Positions 60,771-64,000 of a stretch of 64,000 nucleotides of DNA are shown here, one piece after another. Origin of the DNA: Amoebophrya sp. A120 (taxonomy: Eukaryota; Protista; Dinoflagellata); contig CAJINV010000001.1 of assembly GCA_905178155.1 (NCBI GenBank), forward strand, positions 15,004,142 to 15,068,141. Reading direction: 5' to 3'. The first letter of the stretch is position 1. Every line of letters begins with the position of its first letter. The notes beneath the pieces were generated by a model that made no database searches, was not told where the DNA came from, and saw only the letters and a list, made by a program, of their open reading frames with translations. The translations under genes and the position numbers were made by a program.

Positions 60771-62543
60771 TCAATTCCACTCCAGCAGTTCCATGCAGAC
60801 GTCTGTTGGGTCGTACATGTTGACCAGCACTAACGCCGCCTGTTTTCTCAAATCTGGCACGCAAAGCAGTGTCGTATTGTGAAAGCGTGCGGCCTTGGCC
60901 TCCGCCTGGTTCCCCGCAAAGTACAAGGTCGGACTTTCGGTGAGCAGCAACGGATCCACATCCTTAAAACTCGCACAATTCAGGGTGTCGGGGCAGGTCG
61001 GAGCCACATGGCGGGCTTCCAGGGAAAGCTGCAGGGCGCTCAACGTGTCTTCGACGGTGCTGCACCTGAAGCCGCCGAACGAGGACCATCAATAAAAGAA
61101 TGTTCTTGTTCACAACAATTTTCATAATCACGCCCAAAAATCATAGCGGTGATAGTAAAAGTCCATGTTGATGGATGAAAGCAACATAGTATCGCCCCAC
61201 TGACTTAAGTTGTACCTCATAATGTCGTCCGTGGGCTCGCCCGCATGGCCTAGAACGCGCAAGTTTCCTATTCGGGCGTCAAACGGGGACGGTACACCCT
61301 GCACGTTCGGACACTCCGCGCTCTCGGGAAACAGCATGGGCGCAGGTCTTTCGAGCGGAAAAGAGACCACGTGCGTATCCCGAAACCCCGGTAGGATGTC
61401 GACGCTGACGAATTTACCCAGGGTGGCGAACGCGCTGTCCGCTTTTTTAATCTTCGACAACGTGTTCGAGTACTGTAGTGTGGTTTATGATTTCTAATTT
61501 TGCAGTAATTTCAAGTTGTTGCAAGTGGTACAACGAAATGCACGTATAGCTTCACCTCCTCCGCGAAATTGCTACTCCTAACGTACTAACTACGCAAGTA
61601 TCTTCTATACCGTATTCCCAGCCAGCACGAGGTGCGCTATCCTGGGGTCCGACGCAACTCGGTCCGTGAGCGTTGCGAGCCCTTCCTTCCGTGCCAGCAA
61701 CGGGCCAGACACGAACCCGCAGTAAACCCCGTCCTTCTGCATGGGTCTCAAGAGGTTTAGGCTCGTGTTCACCGCTTGCCCGTCAATGTCCATAGGAGCA
61801 GTGGAGGAACTGGAATTCCCGTAGGAGTACGTCGGCGGGGCGCCCGGCAAGCAAACGTCCTCCACTACGAAGGGCGACGTCTTCGACGTTTTCTTTCCCT
61901 TCAACCCCACGACCATGCCCGTAACCAGGCTGCCGACATTGACTGCGCCCGAGAGCTGGATGTGCGACGAATCGTCGTGGGCGCTCTGGTGTGAGTGTTG
62001 TAATGGGATTTATTCTATTTCTGAATGACGATATTAAAAAGAGACGAGATGCAAGCGTTCATGTTGGCACCAACAAGCTTCTTGTAGCAGCGCTGAAGAA
62101 CAAAAACCAGTAAGTGCCAGACAGGGCTAGTACATTCTCAAAAATTTCGATTGTACCAGTGTATCCGTGTCACTTGCCCACTTTTCCGTTCGATCCGTGA
62201 TTTCATTCACGTTGTCCCGGAGCTTTCCCTTCGCAAAAACGCCCTGTCTTTTCGCGAACTTCTTCATCAACGTGCCGATGATGACGTACGTTTGCCCCAC
62301 TTCGCAATCCGCAAGGTTCACCAAGGCAATCTTCTCCAAGACGGGGGCGTCCGTCCCCCACTTCTCGCTGATGGATTTGAGCAAATGCGGCTTCAATTCG
62401 TGCAGCCGCACGTGGTACAAGTGGCAGTACTGCGTCCCCATTTCGCCGAATTCGGGATTTTTGTACTTTTTCGCCTCCAACGCATACTCGAACTGCGGCT
62501 TCGCCGGCATCGGAACCTTTATTGTGCTCGAAGAAGCAGCCAT
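60771..62543 (-). CDS. POLD2: DNA polymerase delta small (B) subunit
   Basis: Motifs QYCHLYHVRL, IIGTLMK, LVTGMVVGLKG, VDILPG..D, LGHAGEPTDDI, RHVAPTCPDTL, DPLLL...PTLYFAGNQ and LLCVPD...LVLVN. Four exons with GT-AG introns. Confidence 0.92.
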
Positions 62544-63135
62544 TTTGTGTGAAGAATTTGCGCGAAGACTTTGGGCTGACTGTCAGCGTAAAGATATTGA
62601 GAGTTCTTTTTCAAGTAGTGAAAGTGATGCTTGGAAAATGAATAAAGGACAGCAATACCAGAAACTAAAAATATTTATGAATCCTACAACTTACTGCAAG
62701 CCAAGTAAAAAGTGGTCTCCGTGGCGAATTAGGTACCAAGAAAATATAGAACCAGCAACGGACTGAGGCAACAAGATGCGATCCAGTCAGATTGGTAGTC
62801 TGAGGCTGTGTGACTAACTTCATCACAGAAGTGAAAACATCTGCAAGCGCACCCCTGTGCTATGCGTCCCTCTCCGATATCATCGTGTTAATTTGATCTA
62901 TTTTCCGAACATCGCAAGTATCCGCAGCAGCCAGTTGCCGCAGTTTATTCACTTGCTGGAGGCAAAGTCTTGTCCTGCGTTGTCGTTTACTTCTCACTAG
63001 TGTTCACTTAAGAGCTGCTTACGAAGAACGCAGCAAGAAGAAATGCCGAGATGTCGCCGGTGAAGAAAAGGTTTGTAGTCTCAAGTTTTACGAATTTTTG
63101 GGGCACGACACACGTGACGTCGGGTGTCTGACGCC

Positions 63136-63577
63136 CTACATCGGTGCCCCCGCCATGCCCTGCTGTTGCTGCTGGATCTGTGCAGCTTGCAATGCGGCCG
63201 TCAGCTCAAAGTGCGCACACTCCCGGTCGAATTCCGCCAACGCGGGGGCGATGAGAACGATCATTCCCGTTGAAAGTATCCAGCACGTCTGCCCCCCAAT
63301 CCAGTACGCTGTTCGGACTACTCGCCGCAACTTGTTCAAGACTGTAGAGTGCCGTTTTGCATAACAAATTGTACTGCGATCGCAAAATGAAAATCTTCAT
63401 GAAAGAAGTAGCCCTTCCAGTGCCAGAGTACATGCATAAAAAGTACTATGTTGATGATACAGATACGGCAGCAGAAACTTCAACATGCACACCACATGAA
63501 AACTTACCATTTGCTGCTCCCTCCTTGACCTCCGGAGTGTTCAAGTCCTCCCACAACTTCCCAAATTGTGCTCCCAT
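63136..63577 (-). CDS. TOM22: mitochondrial import receptor Tom22 (short myzozoan type)
   Basis: MGAQFGKLWEDLNTPEVKEGAAN|VLNKLRRVVRTAYWIGGQTCWILSTGMIVLIAPALAEFDREC shows the Tom22 transmembrane pattern W...T...L..P...E.DRE. One GT-AG intron. Confidence 0.72.
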
Positions 63578-64000
63578 GATTTCTTCGCTTTTCCTTTTCT
63601 AACAGCACAAGAAACTTGTTTCTACGTAAAGGACTACTTGAAGGGCTTTCCGCTAGTGTCGAAGAAGAAAATATTATCGTCCTCACGCTAGCACTACTTC
63701 GTCTGGCACCGGGTTATTGATCTGGCTATAAACAAAAAGATTATGTCTTCGCGATCTTGGCCTGCAGGTGATGGGATTCGCATCCGCACCGATAATTACT
63801 TTACGCAGTTGATCATCATCAAAACAATGGATCGCATCAAAGTACGCAGCCGCAGCGGAGAAAAAACAAATAACTTCTGCAGAGAGATCCTGAACCTATG
63901 CTAGGCGTTCGAACATCGGAGACAAACGATGGTGCTTTCCTGACGTGAAAAAAACCACGGTGGGCTCGTCTTTACAAACGCTGCTCTTCCTTCATGGCAC

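Overview
Gene-dense eukaryotic DNA, most likely from an alveolate. The gene architecture resembles the syndinian dinoflagellate parasite Amoebophrya, but that is inference. All ~15 protein-coding genes I can support lie on the minus strand. Recognisable products: XPC/Rad4, a Rab GTPase, Efg1, TSG101/Vps23, eIF2-alpha, DNA polymerase delta small subunit, Tom22, a RanBP2-type zinc-finger protein, a small membrane protein with a stand-alone SIL1-type motif, and a secreted coiled-coil protein. The rest are large low-complexity unknowns. The dominant signal is 11 intact (plus 1 degenerate) non-autonomous DNA-transposon-like elements of 208-1400 bp from at least 6 TIR families. Each has 5'-TAT...ATA-3' ends, ~30-40 bp terminal inverted repeats (TIRs) and an exact 5-bp target-site duplication (TSD). 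Every one sits inside a coding sequence, and removing it restores the reading frame, so they behave as introns (introners). Their symmetric ends give NT...AN boundaries by borrowing one TSD base on each side: GT-AG in 5 of 11, non-canonical in the rest. They occur in both orientations, cluster as pairs 44-78 bp apart, and most share an internal TGTSATGC motif. One 1.4-kb element carries a 108-nt near-perfect hairpin and a 12-mer tandem array. Gene models were built by hand without RNA data.
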